From: Pelomyxa schiedti
Taxonomy: Eukaryota; Protista; Evosea
Assembly: GCA_020536535.1 (NCBI GenBank)
Contig: JAHLWZ010000193.1
Location: 51,596-115,595, forward strand
DNA: 64,000 nt
Reading direction: 5' to 3'
Positions 1 through 11,961 of this stretch are shown one piece after another. Each line of letters begins with the position of its first letter. Position 1 is the stretch's first letter. A program made the position numbers and the translations under genes. The notes beneath the pieces were generated by a model, which was given only the letters and a program-made list of their open reading frames with translations, ran no database searches and was not told the DNA's origin.

Positions 1-859
1 CAACTGGTTATATTCCCATAGTATGCACAGTCCTTAATACTTGCGCAGTTATACAACCGCTGTTGATGTGTGGAGCTTGGGTTGCATATTTGCAGAAATG
101 CTAACTCAACAGATTTTATTTAAGGGAGAATCTCGAGGCAACTCCCCTCACTTTTTCTATTCGCGGCTCATCTCTTATAGTGGTGCGGCAGGCTGAGAAG
201 ATTTTTCAAATTCTGGGGACACCTAGTGAGGAGATAATAAATAAAATATGTGGCAAGCATTCTCGGGTAAGTCTGAAACACTGATGTTCTTATCCAGTTA
301 ACCAGTTTACAGTGGCTCCCACAGCTTCAAGTTCTTCCTTTTTACCCGGCTACTCCACTGGAGAGTTGCTTTCCAAATGTTCCTTCAGAAGGTATAATCA
401 CTCTTCTTGCAGAATAAACTAACTTGCCATATGGTACTGGATAGCCATCAATCTTCTCCGAATGATGCTTGCTATCAATCCAGCTGAGAGAATAACTACA
501 ACAGTAGCCCTAGCTCATCCATACTTTTCCAAACTTGTGAAACTTCCCAGTGATGAAAAACCTCTTGTGTGTACAGTATCAACCACAACCCAAATCAAAC
601 TAAATTCTCCAGAAACCAGCACCTGTTGATGTTCCTGGCGTGGCCACTTCCCCCCAAATTCTAAAAGGTAAATACTCCTGTATGGCTCTTGGTTTGAGCC
701 CAAGATATTTTTTAATCATAGAACTTCACAAAGTAACTTTTTCCCTTACCAGAGATGCTGTATCAGGAGTGTATAACAACGGCAGCAGTAAGTACAGCGG
801 CATTCAGAAGTATGACGTCAGCATCCTGTTGGTCATCACTGAGCCTCAGCCACTCCTGA
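1..859 (+). CDS. MAP kinase-like (CMGC) Ser/Thr kinase, 3' part, truncated at window start, spliced
   Basis: Exons translate to [57 protein letters not shown] and a MAPK-type tail ILKEMLYQEC, ending at TGA 857-859. Confidence 0.8.
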
Positions 860-1187
860 CACCACAGGGTAGATAAGGTTGTGTTAGTAATTTTTGTCTT
901 TTTGTAGAAAACACCGACACACCTATGTAATCCAAATTTAAAACATTTTCATTGGAAAAGAACAGACAGGATTTTCCTGTCGGGAAGCGACCGCATCTAA
1001 ACAAAAAATCTATTTTTTTTTCCCTTTTGATTTTTCGTGCAACAACAGCATTATTAGAAAGAAACAAAACAAAACCACACGAGCTCAATAACTCTCGGGT
1101 GCTACGCGCGCCAACCACCACACAACCGGCACCTACTGTATATTAATACGTCGCCACCCACCCATACTACAAAAATAAACCCCAAGC

Positions 1188-4100
1188 ATGCACACGCTTT
1201 TCAAAAAAAAGAGTAGCAGCAGCCAAAACAGCCCGACGTCAGCAGCGAATGGTGCTAGTTCCTCGTCGTCGCACCACTCGATGTCCTCGTCGGCCAACTC
1301 CATCAACATCGCCAGCGTGTCGGCGTCCACCTCGTCGTCGTCGTCAGGCACGCTCTCCGCCTCGGCCCTTAACGCCACTTCGTCCCCGGCACCCCCCACT
1401 TCCCCAACCATTGTCTCGTCCTCGGGCATCACTATCCCAAAGCTCCAGCTCCCCGCCTCTTCGCCCTCAGCCCCAATCCCAATCTCCTCCTCCTCGTCCT
1501 CCAGCAACCCTGCGACTTCCTCGTCGATCTCGACGCCGTCGCAGGCCGCGCACCCCAGCAAGTTCCTCAAGCTGCCCCACTCGCACTCCAACAGCAACAG
1601 CGGCAGCACCAGTGTGCCGGCGGCCACGTCGCAGCCCAACTCCCCGACGCTGCCCCCCGCGGCCTCCTCGTCGTCGTCGCCGGGCGGCGGTGGCAGCAAC
1701 ACACCCCAGTCCGGATCGCCGTCGCGCCCGCGCAAGGGCCACCACCAGGGCAAGACATACTCGATGGCCGGGGCCGACGGCGTGCCGCAGCAGGTCACGA
1801 TGCCCAACACGGCGCGCGGCTACCACCGGGGGGAGGAGGAGGCCTGGGGGAGCTACGACCAGCAGTCGCAGTCGCCGTCGCCGTCGCCGAGCCCCCCACT
1901 GGATATGCCCAGCCCCCGGCGGGGCCCGTCCAGCACCACGCCGCCTACGTCGAAGAGCCCCAGGGACCGGGAGCGAGACAGGGCGAGGAGCCCGCACAGG
2001 CACAAGGGGCCTCCTGCGCCGACCGAGCCGATGGTGGTTCTCACACACTCCACGGGGTGCCTGCCAATGTCCGACAAGGAGGGCAGGATGTCCATGTCGT
2101 CTTCTGGCAGTTCGAATGTGGACGCTGGGATGCTGTCGGCTAGCATGGGCACTGGTGTCATGGAGAGGCCAATGAAGCACAACTCACACCATCACCATCA
2201 CCGCCACCACACAACAACCAGGCACGGCAGTGCCAATGTTGGGGAAGACAGCGGCAGTGGCAACAGCACCCACCCGCGGCGGCGCTCTTCTTCTTCTGTT
2301 GTTCCTCCGTGTCTGTCGCCGTCCATGTTTGTTGGTGCGGATAGACCTGGTCAAAACCAGTCTCTACTCCCGCCTTCCTTAGCTCTCGCTTCAGCTTCGT
2401 CACATGACAGACACAGTGGATCCAAGAGTATGAGATCAAAAACTGGAAGCAGCAGAAGAGTGAGTGTAGGACGGGAAATGGGAGAAGATACTGACTCTGG
2501 AGCTGATATTGAGATTGGTGACCCTGAACAAACCATTTCCTTCCTGGACAAACTTGGTGGGAATTAGCTTCATTTATTTACTCTTTGTTCACACCCAGTA
2601 GGAGAAGGTAACTTTGGTTCCGTTTGGAAGGCACAACATGTCTCCGGAAAGATACTTGCTGTCAAGAAGGTATTGCACCACCATCCAATCACAGTAACCA
2701 GTCCACAGGTTCCTCGAGATGAAGCTCTTGAAATTACCAAGGAAGTCGATTTCATGAAAGACCTCAGAAAGAGTTCTTACCTTGTAAGGTGAGATTACTT
2801 TTTCTCCATCTTCTTCTAGACGTAAAAACAGGTACTATGCGAGCTGTAATGTGAAGACAGAACTGTGGATTGTGATGGGTATAACATATATTTTTCACTC
2901 GTTCTTGTGGTTAATGCCTCATTCTAGAGTATTGTGCTGCTGGCAGCTTACGAGGAATGATGAAAATTTGTGGGGTACCCTTCCTTTTTTTGGTTTTTTA
3001 ATTCAACGTCACTTAGCGAAACCTGTCTGAAAACGAGATTGCTGTTGCTACATGTCATATGCTGAGGGGTTTACATTGTCTACATGCCTCAAATAAGCTA
3101 CACAGAGATATAAAGGTAGTTACTTTTGTATCTATTTTACATTTTTGATTCGTGAGAGGCTGCCAACATTTTGGTTGATGGGAATGGGATTGCAAAACTT
3201 GCTGATTTTGGTGTGAGTGGTAATGGCAAACAACATCACACCATGATTGGAACACCCTTCTGGATGGCCCCTGAGGTTTCCCCATGCTCCCTGTAGTTGC
3301 CTTAACACGTCAAAGATTATTCAAGACCTTGGATATGATGAACATGCTGACATTTGGTCTCTGGGAATTACATGCATTGAATTGGCTGAGGTAACGAATC
3401 GTGGGTGTAAAAAATGTTCCAACCTGTGCCAAGGGAGAGCCCCCGCACTTTGACGTTAATCCTATGAGAGCAATGCTACAAATACCCAAATGGGATCCGC
3501 CAACACTGACACACCCAGATAAGTGGTCCCCAGCGTTCAATAACTTCCTTGCTCGATGCCTCGTGAAAAATCCTCACCAAAGGTCGTACCATTTACTCCC
3601 CTCTTTGTACTCACCTTTCAATGAAGACCGCTAAGTGCTGATTTACTGATGGACCCTTTTGTGAAACCTGCAGAAAATTCATCTCTTCTTGGTGAATATT
3701 TACTTCCTCAGTAATCTATTTTGACTCCAATCAGAACTAGTACAACTACAAGAACAAATGCGCCCATTGCAGGCACCGGAGCCAACAACGCCTCAACCCT
3801 CAAAGGACCCCGGTAATCTTGCCTCTTCACATGGGTCAAACTCGTCGTCATCATCCATTCTTGGAAACAAAGGCGGCAGCGTCATGTCTACTCCAGTAGG
3901 CGACAGTGATGCCGACCTCGACATGAGGGGGCTGAGTGGAATTTGGAGCAAGTTTGTGCTAGATAACCCAGCACTGGTGGGAGGAGCAGATGCGGAAGGT
4001 GAGGGTGATGATGAGTTGGAGGTAGGTGACGAAGCGGAAGATGGAGGCACAACAACAGAGGGTCAGAATTCTGACCTACAGACACCACGCCACTCCAGCT

Positions 4101-4474
4101 GCCTCGAGTCAACCACTCCACAACACTCCTCGTTCGTATCCACGCCAGGAAGCGGCGGGGTGACACCCCTGAAGCCAACCTTTATTGACCTGCGATCCGG
4201 ATTCACATCACACCAGCCCCAGAACAACGCAGCGACTCCTGGCACGCCGTGCTCACAGTGCGAAGACCTAAAGCGTGAGAACAGTCAACTCAGAGCCGAA
4301 CTGGACAAAGTTATGAAACTCAATTCGCAGCTGACACAGAGGCTGGAAGAAGCCGAAGAAGAAGTTCTAAGCGCAAAGGCTGATGCGGATAGAATCCGTG
4401 GCGAATTTCAGGCCTACAAGAAACTCGGCAATTCCCTCGCCTTCAACCATGAGCCCACCATCTTACGATTGTAA
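1188..4474 (+). CDS. STE20/GCK (MST/Krs-like) Ser/Thr kinase with long Ser/Pro/His-rich N-terminus and C-terminal coiled coil, multi-exon
   Basis: Spliced motifs [80 protein letters not shown]; heptad region [15 protein letters not shown]. Confidence 0.92.
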
Positions 4475-4645
4475 ATTGACCTTGGTATACATGGTTAAAA
4501 ACAATAGAAAGTTTGTATTTTTGCCTGAATAAGGCAACAACGCTCCTGGGTTGTCGTCCCTCTTCCAAATCACGGGTGGACCTTTTTGCCTTGATCCACG
4601 GAAAACAAGGCAACTGGAAAAACAAAGAAAAAGGAAGGCCAATGC

Positions 4646-6291
4646 ATGGCGCAGAACGAGGACGCCGATGATTTGGGAACTGGATGGAAGCCAGTGCACA
4701 GGGGTCCCGTCCCCGATAAGATAAGGGTCCCACCACCGAGGCCTAACGAGCCCCTCTTCGAAGACGAGCCCGCGGCACCCCCCGGTAGCCCCCTGGAGGT
4801 ATCGGGGCTCCTCGGCAAGCCCACGCGCACACCCGCGCCCGCCCAGCCCCCCGCTGTGGGACCGGCCACAGACGCCCCCACGGGGCTGGTCACAGCAGAG
4901 TGGAGCGGCAGAAGCGACACTCGCTCGGACAACGGGGACACGTACTGCGGGGAGTGGGTGCAAGGGAAGCGGGACGGGTGGGGAGAGCAGCTCTCGGCCC
5001 GCACGGGCAACTGGTTCGAGGGCCTGTGGCGCGCCGACGACCAGGTGATTGGGACGAGGTGGAACTTCGACAAGGAAAGGGGCGTCGTCGGTGTGTACGA
5101 GGGCGAGAGGGGCCATGACGAGAAGAAGAGGTTCAGCCAGGGCTGGGGCGTCCTGAGGGAGCATGTTTGCACCCCAGAGGAAAAAATTGCCTGGCAGACG
5201 TGGCGGGAAAACCCCCCACCGGCAGAATTATCGCCGCCTACTGCATCGTGTGCGGAACCTCCTTACAGAGTTTCTCGGAAGGACCTGGTGACGGTGTATG
5301 AGGGAAACTGGGAGAAAGGGAAAAAGCATGGGAAGGGCACGTACACAGACCCAAAAACGGGTGATACCTATGTTGGGAATTTTGTGATGGACCATAAATG
5401 TGGCGAAGGGAGGATGATGTTCCAGGATGGTGGGACTTACATCGGCTGGTGGGACCGTGACAAGTTCCATGGGAAGGGTGTCCGTCTGTTTGCTGATGGA
5501 CAGAGACAAGGTGGACTCTGGGAGCATGGTAGGTTTTTGTACCCTGAAGCGGACACTCCAGGGCTTCCGGGCCAAGAGGTTCATATTACCTTGTGAATTT
5601 TTTCTCCCCACTCTTTCATGATACGTCACACACCTGTTCAAGTCAAGTAATAATAAATACCTCTAGCCGTTGGATACAAGATCACAAGACACCACACGCT
5701 TTGATCCCAAAAGTTTTTGTTCCCATCCCGCACCCAAAGTTGCATCTGCATTGACATCGTCACCTCCATTACCTACTACCTCCACTGCTACAGGCTCCCC
5801 ACAGCCGTCGACACTGGCTCCCCTAAAAATAACACCCCCACAACACAATACACTCCCGGTAATTCCCGCAACAGAGCGGCATGCAGCCCAACTATCACTC
5901 TCACCAATATTTCAGCGGCCACCTTCAACATCGACAGAATCAATAGACAGCCTTGGCAGTGGCAGCTTTGTGTTAATGAGTCGGCCATCCTACCATTAGC
6001 CTTATCTAACAACTAGTGCAGAGCGACTCAGTATTGTCGCTGAAAACCACGGGGAATTTTGTGTCAACCTCACTGATGCCACAATTCCAGGACTCAAGAG
6101 CACAATACAGCAGAAGTTGAGTTTGGCTGCCAACCAAGAGATAACCAAGGTAAAATGAGAAACACTTTGGAAAACTAAGGGAATACCAGCTGGAAAAAGA
6201 CACTCAAAGACATCAACGGGAGCTCCTGCAAAGTGACAAAGACATACAAAGATTGGAATCTGGAGCCCGCGTCTATGCACAAATACATTAG
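4646..6291 (+). CDS. MORN-repeat protein with S/T/P linker and C-terminal small beta-grasp-like domain, spliced
   Basis: MORN repeats YEGNWEKGKKHGKGTY, YVGNFVMDHKCGEGRM, YIGWWDRDKFHGKGVR. An in-phase intron at ~5578-5666 joins ORF 5670-5999 and later exons (AERLSIVAENHGEF...ESGARVYAQIH*). Confidence 0.75.
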
Positions 6292-6662
6292 TTATTCCCT
6301 CATGCGTCACCCCCATAACAACATTCTCTAATTGGCACTGAAAAAAAAAGACAACAATGTCCCTATCTTTCTAATTTCCAAATCCAATGCAGAAACGAAT
6401 CACAGAAAAATGTCACTGATTCATCACCAACCTCGGAAAGATACTGTCGTGTTCCTGGGCCTTCTAACTTCCGCTCTTCTTCCTGATTGGAGGTCTTTCC
6501 TCTTGTCTGCTGTAAGTTCTGTGGGGTCCCTGTTACTCCAAAGGGCGATCTACAGACTTCAGTTGCGTTCCCCCTTCAGAAGGAAGGAAAAAAAAAACCG
6601 AAGTAGAAAACCAAACAAAAAAAATAAGGCAAAAAAACAATCAAAGGTGATAGGCACAGGAA

Positions 6663-8405
6663 ATGAAAAAGCAACAGGAGGAGAGGTTGCAGCAACAGTT
6701 GCGTGACTTGTTGCAATTGCCCGAAAACAAAAAATGCATGGACTGCAAGATGAAGGTAAGGAACCGCTTGCTGTGCTTAATGACATCGGGACTTTTGTTT
6801 GTATCCTAATTTTACATTACATAGGGACCGGTATATGCGGTGCTAGACTTTGGTACATTCGTGTGCACCACATGCAGTGGCATACAGTTTGTTTTTTAGT
6901 CTAGGGCTGGTGATAGTTAATTGGGTGGGAGTATTGAAAGCATGGTTTGACTGTTTCTAGCCGCGAGTTTTCTCACCGTGTCAAGTCTATTTCTATGGCC
7001 ACCTTTAAACCTGAGGAAGTGGAAAAAATGCGAAAAATCGGAAACGCTGTGTGTATCTCTAATCTTCCTTGGCTCTGGTAATGACAGTATTCTTTATTTC
7101 AGAATGCTAAAAGAATATGGTTGGCGAATTGGTCGCCTTCCGATTTTCCTGAGCCTGAGGCCAGTCAAATTAGGCAAATAAGAGAATTCATGGAATTAAA
7201 AGTCCGTCTTAATCGTGCTACCCTTTCTGACTTTTAGTAGTATAAGTCAAGGAGGTGGTTCAGTGCCCAAGCTCTGGCATCCATTGAAAAAGGTGATGTG
7301 CCATCGTCGCCTTCTATACAAAAGGTTCTTCCTTTTTCCTTTCTTCTGTTATTGACTCTGTTTAGGCCCCGGAACCAGTTTCTGTGCCCCCACCAGAACC
7401 CCTCACAACCCTTTTAGGTCCACAAATACCCCCAATAGCGGTCAATCCCGTGGAAAAGGTTAGTATCTCACACATTTCCTCCCTTGGTGACAACTTTGGT
7501 ATTACTAGACAATGTGGGTGGAATCCCCAAAAACTGCGCCGCCGCCACAGAAAACATCTGTGGACATTTTTTTCCAGGTTTTTCCTTTCTGTCTGTTACA
7601 CTTTTAATATGGATTTTGATTTACAGGGGGGAAGTACAACTCAAGGAGACGACCTTATCACACAACAGAAGCAACAAGAAGAGCTTGCCCGGCAACAGGC
7701 TGAGGAGGAACAAAGGAAGCGGAATGAAATCATGCGTGCTTTCCAAACAACGCCAATGACCACTCAAACAATGTCCATAACCCCAAACCCAACAAATTCT
7801 GCCTCTGCTGTATCCGCACTTCTTTCCCCCGGCCCCACAATGTCCACCAATCCCCAAATGCAACCCGGTGTGCAATACATGATGCAGCCTGGTGGTGGCT
7901 ATGTAATGGCACAGCCAGGAGGTTATATGATGCAACCTCAGCCTGGTGTCTATATGATGCAACCCGGTGGTGGTTACATGATGCAACCCGGTGTTAACAT
8001 GCAACCTGGTGTAAACATGATGCAACCCGGTTTAAACATGCAACCCGGCGGTGGTTACATGATGCAGCCTGGAGTAAACATGATGCAACCCGGAGTAAAC
8101 ATGATGTCACCCGGAGTAAACATGCAGCCTGGCGGCTATGTCATGTCCCCAAGTGTCAACCTCCAGCCAACCTTAAGTACACCAACTCCTCAACCAACTC
8201 CCACCCCCGCCAAACCAGACCGTATGCTTTCTTTCTTCCTTCCTCTTTCATTACTTAACACCTCCCAGTTTTCGCGAACCTGGTACCTAACCTCTCGTCA
8301 GCACCAGGTTTCCACTCTTTTTTCTCCATTACTTCTAACTGTGTATTAGCTGCCCGAACCACTCCGCCAGCAAAACCAGCCAGTGGAAGTGACCTCCTTT
8401 TTTGA
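6663..8405 (+). CDS. ArfGAP (AGFG/SMAP-like) with Met/Gln/Pro/Gly repeat region, multi-exon
   Basis: Spliced LLQLPENKKCMDCKMKGPVYAVLDFGTFVCTTCSGIHREFSHRVKSISMATFKPEEV shows the CX2CX16CX2CX4R ArfGAP zinc finger; ends SGSDLLF*. Confidence 0.9.
7857..8150 (+). repeat. Coding tandem repeat (M)MQPG(GGY/VN) within the ArfGAP gene
   Basis: More than ten ATGCA(A/G)CC(C/T)GG units visible in the DNA. Confidence 0.9.
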
Positions 8406-8507
8406 AAAACACACCACCAATAGAACATTACATGAAAACAAACCACTGTATGAAGGCTGAGGAACAATATGATGTACTTAGAACAATCAAATTCTTTATT
8501 TTACACT

Positions 8508-11500
8508 TCAAAAAAAATATGTGAGAAGAGGAAGTAGTAGAAGAGCGACAGTGATTGCCGTTTGCGTTCCACTACTAATAGAAACCGACTGCGAGGTGGG
8601 TTCGGATTCGGATTCGGTGCCGGAGGAGGACAAGGATGCTGAATCAGACTCTGATTCCGACTCGGACTCGGACTCGGAGGTCGATAGTGACTCCGACTCT
8701 GATTCAGATGCAGATTCTGATGTAGACCTGGAAGTGGATCGTGATGTGGAGGTGGACCGTGAAGTGGATTCCGATTCCGACGCCGACTTCGATTTCGACT
8801 CTGACTCTGACTCGGAAGTCGAAGTAGACTCAGATGTGGACGATGAGGAGAAAGAGAGCGACGTGGACTGTGACTTTGAAACAGATTGGGAGGATGAAAT
8901 GGAAGATGACATAGAGGACGAAGTCGACGATTGGGAGGAGGAAGAGATAGAGTTGGAGGAAGAAGAAACCGAGGAAGAAGAAACTGAGGCAGAAGACGAT
9001 TGTGACGCTGACGAGGAGTCGGAGGATGAAGATTCTGATAAAGAGCTTGAAATGGAGCTGGACAACGAATGTGACGACTGAGAAGACGAGTACGAGTCGG
9101 ACGACGAAGATGTAGAAGACGATTGAGAAGACGACTGAGACTCCGAAGAAGAGTCCGAGCTCGACGCCGATGATGACAGTGAAATCGAAGAGGACTCTGA
9201 GATAGATGACGACTGTGATGAACTGGTGGATGTAGACCCCAAAATAAAGGAGTAAATGCTGGTCGACTCTTCAGCAAGAACAAAATCTGTTATGGTTACA
9301 GCATCCACAATAACTTCTACATCCACCATATCTAGTGGTAGCATGTCAGTCATCTCTCTAGGAAAAAAAAGGTTAAAAAGGTACGGAAAAGTGAATGTTC
9401 TTACACTAAAACCTCCCCAACAACAGTAGAAAGATCTGCGGAAGCAGTCGTAAGGGTGTGGTTTGACATAGGGTGGTACTGCCAAAACGTCAAAATGGAA
9501 AACCATTTAAAAAGTGGGAAGATACCAAAAACGAGAGGAGTGAATGGTGGGTACTTCTGGTACTTTTGGTACCAACAGCAGTTGCTTTACTAAGCCGCAC
9601 ATGGTTGATATATTCAGGTTTCAGAAGGGCCGGGACAAAGTGAGCGATTTCATCTTCGCTCATTTGGTGTAGAACATTATCGGAAACAGATTTGTCCTCG
9701 GAAAGAATAAGACCACTTATAGAAAGAGAGACATTAAGGACTGGTTGAACACAAGGTGGGCCTGAGAACCCATGGACTTCTGAATCCACGCCGTTATGTG
9801 TGATGTAGAGTGCAGTGCCGAGCATGCGGTTGAGTAAGGGGCTACAGCACCCCATTTGTTCATTCCATTTGTCTAAAATCGGTTTGCATGTAGACGATAC
9901 GACATGAGTGTATTCACTGGGGACTTTCCCCATTCCCGTAAGCATAAGCAAGCAAGTGGAAGGAATAGAATCGGCCAAACTATAGAGCCAAACATCATAT
10001 AACCGGTGGTAACAAGAGCTGCACGGGTTGTCACTTCCCACATTAGAAGTTAATCAAAACACACTAGTTGTAAGCAGGATGGTACGAACACTCGAAGTCG
10101 TAAACTATTCCCATATTTTCTTTATTTAAAATTTCAGCCACACACGCAGTGCACATGGGAAAGTCCAGAAAATCAAATTGGGTTCCCTGATCCACCACAT
10201 TTTGAATAAGCTGTTTGAAACATTGCGACCCTAGGTACTTTTCAGTAATTATTTTAAATTGAGTGTGGAAACCTGTTTGTCCAGTACTGTAATTAGCTGC
10301 ACAGATTATCTGCGGAAGAGAGATCATTGGCTGGAAGACATCAGCAACTTCTTGGGGGTTGCAAGCATTCAAAGCGGTAGTCATAACGTTATTCCAGATA
10401 TTAATAGAGGCAGGTACACTTTTTCAAGTTAGAGAGTGAAGGGAAAGTGGGAACACACCAAGGGTCTGAGTAGGTCACCAGAATATTTTGGAGAGCCATG
10501 TAGGCACTCACTTGAGAATTCCAACTTAACAAAAACGTTAGTGGGCTACGTATGAGCTCGTGTGAACATACCATACTGACCACACTATAGACGTGTAATT
10601 GGGAGGATTTGAAATCATGCCACACATCTTCATTGTATATGTAACCAGAGTCCACATCACACAAGAGGACCAACTGGGCGATGTAAGAGGAAACCCAGTG
10701 CAATTCACAGTGGCAATGTCCTCCACTGTGCGATTGGTTTCGTTTCCATCCACCTGATAGTGTAAGTGCGGATTAGATGCAACTCAAGGAGGCGAGTGTA
10801 CACACCCTTGGTGAGGAAGCCGACCACACGGGGTAATCAAGCCAAGTTGAGGTTGAACTGCATGGGGAACATGTCTCAGAAGGAACTTGAACCAAATCCA
10901 GCCATTTCCCCATTGTTTCCGGTGCCATAGAAGTCGCCAACCAGGCGCTAAGAGTGTCTAAGTGCAGCCCTGTTTCAGTTTCCCAGGTAGGCAACACCTG
11001 GTGCTGCACTGTGACAGGGTGCATCAACCCCCAAAGTTGATCTTGGGCAGTAATATCACCAGTAAGACCAGAAGGAGAAAAACTTGGCATCATATTGCCA
11101 TACTCTCCATTTAGTAATATACAAGTACGGTCTACGTTCAAACAAACTGCTGGGGTCCTAGACCTGAGATAAACGCCAATCATCACAGCAGCGGCGTCGG
11201 AATTAGACTTTATCTGCTTCTCAAATATAGCTCCCCACAAAGCAACTCCAGTCGCATTAGAAGCAGTATAACTGTAAATATGTTTTGTAAGAAGCATAGA
11301 TATAACGGTTTTCAAATACCCCAGAGCAATCAAAGCCAGTGTGTTCACAGACAAACACTTTCCGCATACGGTGGCAGTGCGATTGCAAGATTCAGAGGTC
11401 GCAGTCGGACAAGTGGAGGTCGTGGGGGGTCCTTTTTTGAGAGCCGAAAGAAAGGACATGTATCCGGTTGTGTTGTCAACCTTGGGTGACATTACCGCGT

Positions 11501-11781
11501 CGAAAGACCTCGTGAATTGGAGCCACCCTTGCCCGCTCCTCGTGCGCATGTAGTCCATTTGTCTTGTAAACCAAGACGTAGCATCGGGCCCACAATTGGG
11601 TGTCTCGGCTCCTATTTTGTTGTCATAATTAATGGTTGTCGGGGTTTTGGATTGTGGCAAGGCACTGGTGGTTCCACGATTATTTATTTTGAAGTGCGAG
11701 TCGACACGCACCAGAAGAGAGGAGAGAAAAACAAGTAACCAACGCCACCCCGAGCACAAGCCAAAGGTGGTGGCCAACCAT
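8508..11781 (-). CDS. Secreted, probably GPI-anchored Cys-containing surface glycoprotein with Ser/Glu-rich stalk, multi-exon
   Basis: ATG at 11781 gives signal peptide [25 protein letters not shown]; a short intron joins ORF 10773-11777. ~230-aa Ser-rich tract (SESESE) and hydrophobic C-terminus [16 protein letters not shown]. Confidence 0.7.
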
Positions 11782-11961
11782 GATGTTTTTTATTTTTTGT
11801 TTTCTTTCGGGTCTTACAAACTGCAGTCACAGTTTCCAGCTTCGGAGCGAGTACGTTTCCTCTAACACAACATCACGGAAACCTGAGTGCAACTTTCCCG
11901 CAGTCGCGGAAATCAATTTCCACCCAAAAAAGCACCTTCTAGGTACAGGAATACCGCAATC

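Noticed and set aside
1133-2182. Multiple long overlapping ORFs on both strands (also at 17.1-17.9 kb, 55.0-56.0 kb and 58.6-59.9 kb)
   Set aside because: Expected in GC-rich low-complexity first exons where stop codons are rare; no motifs or independent splice signals.
5663-6316. Possible minus-strand gene with an internal TGA (selenoprotein or readthrough)
   Set aside because: The region is better explained as + strand 3' exons of the MORN gene.
8521-9081. Acidic DSDSD ORF resembling bacterial SD-repeat adhesins
   Set aside because: It is the antisense shadow of the Ser-rich stalk of the minus-strand surface protein.
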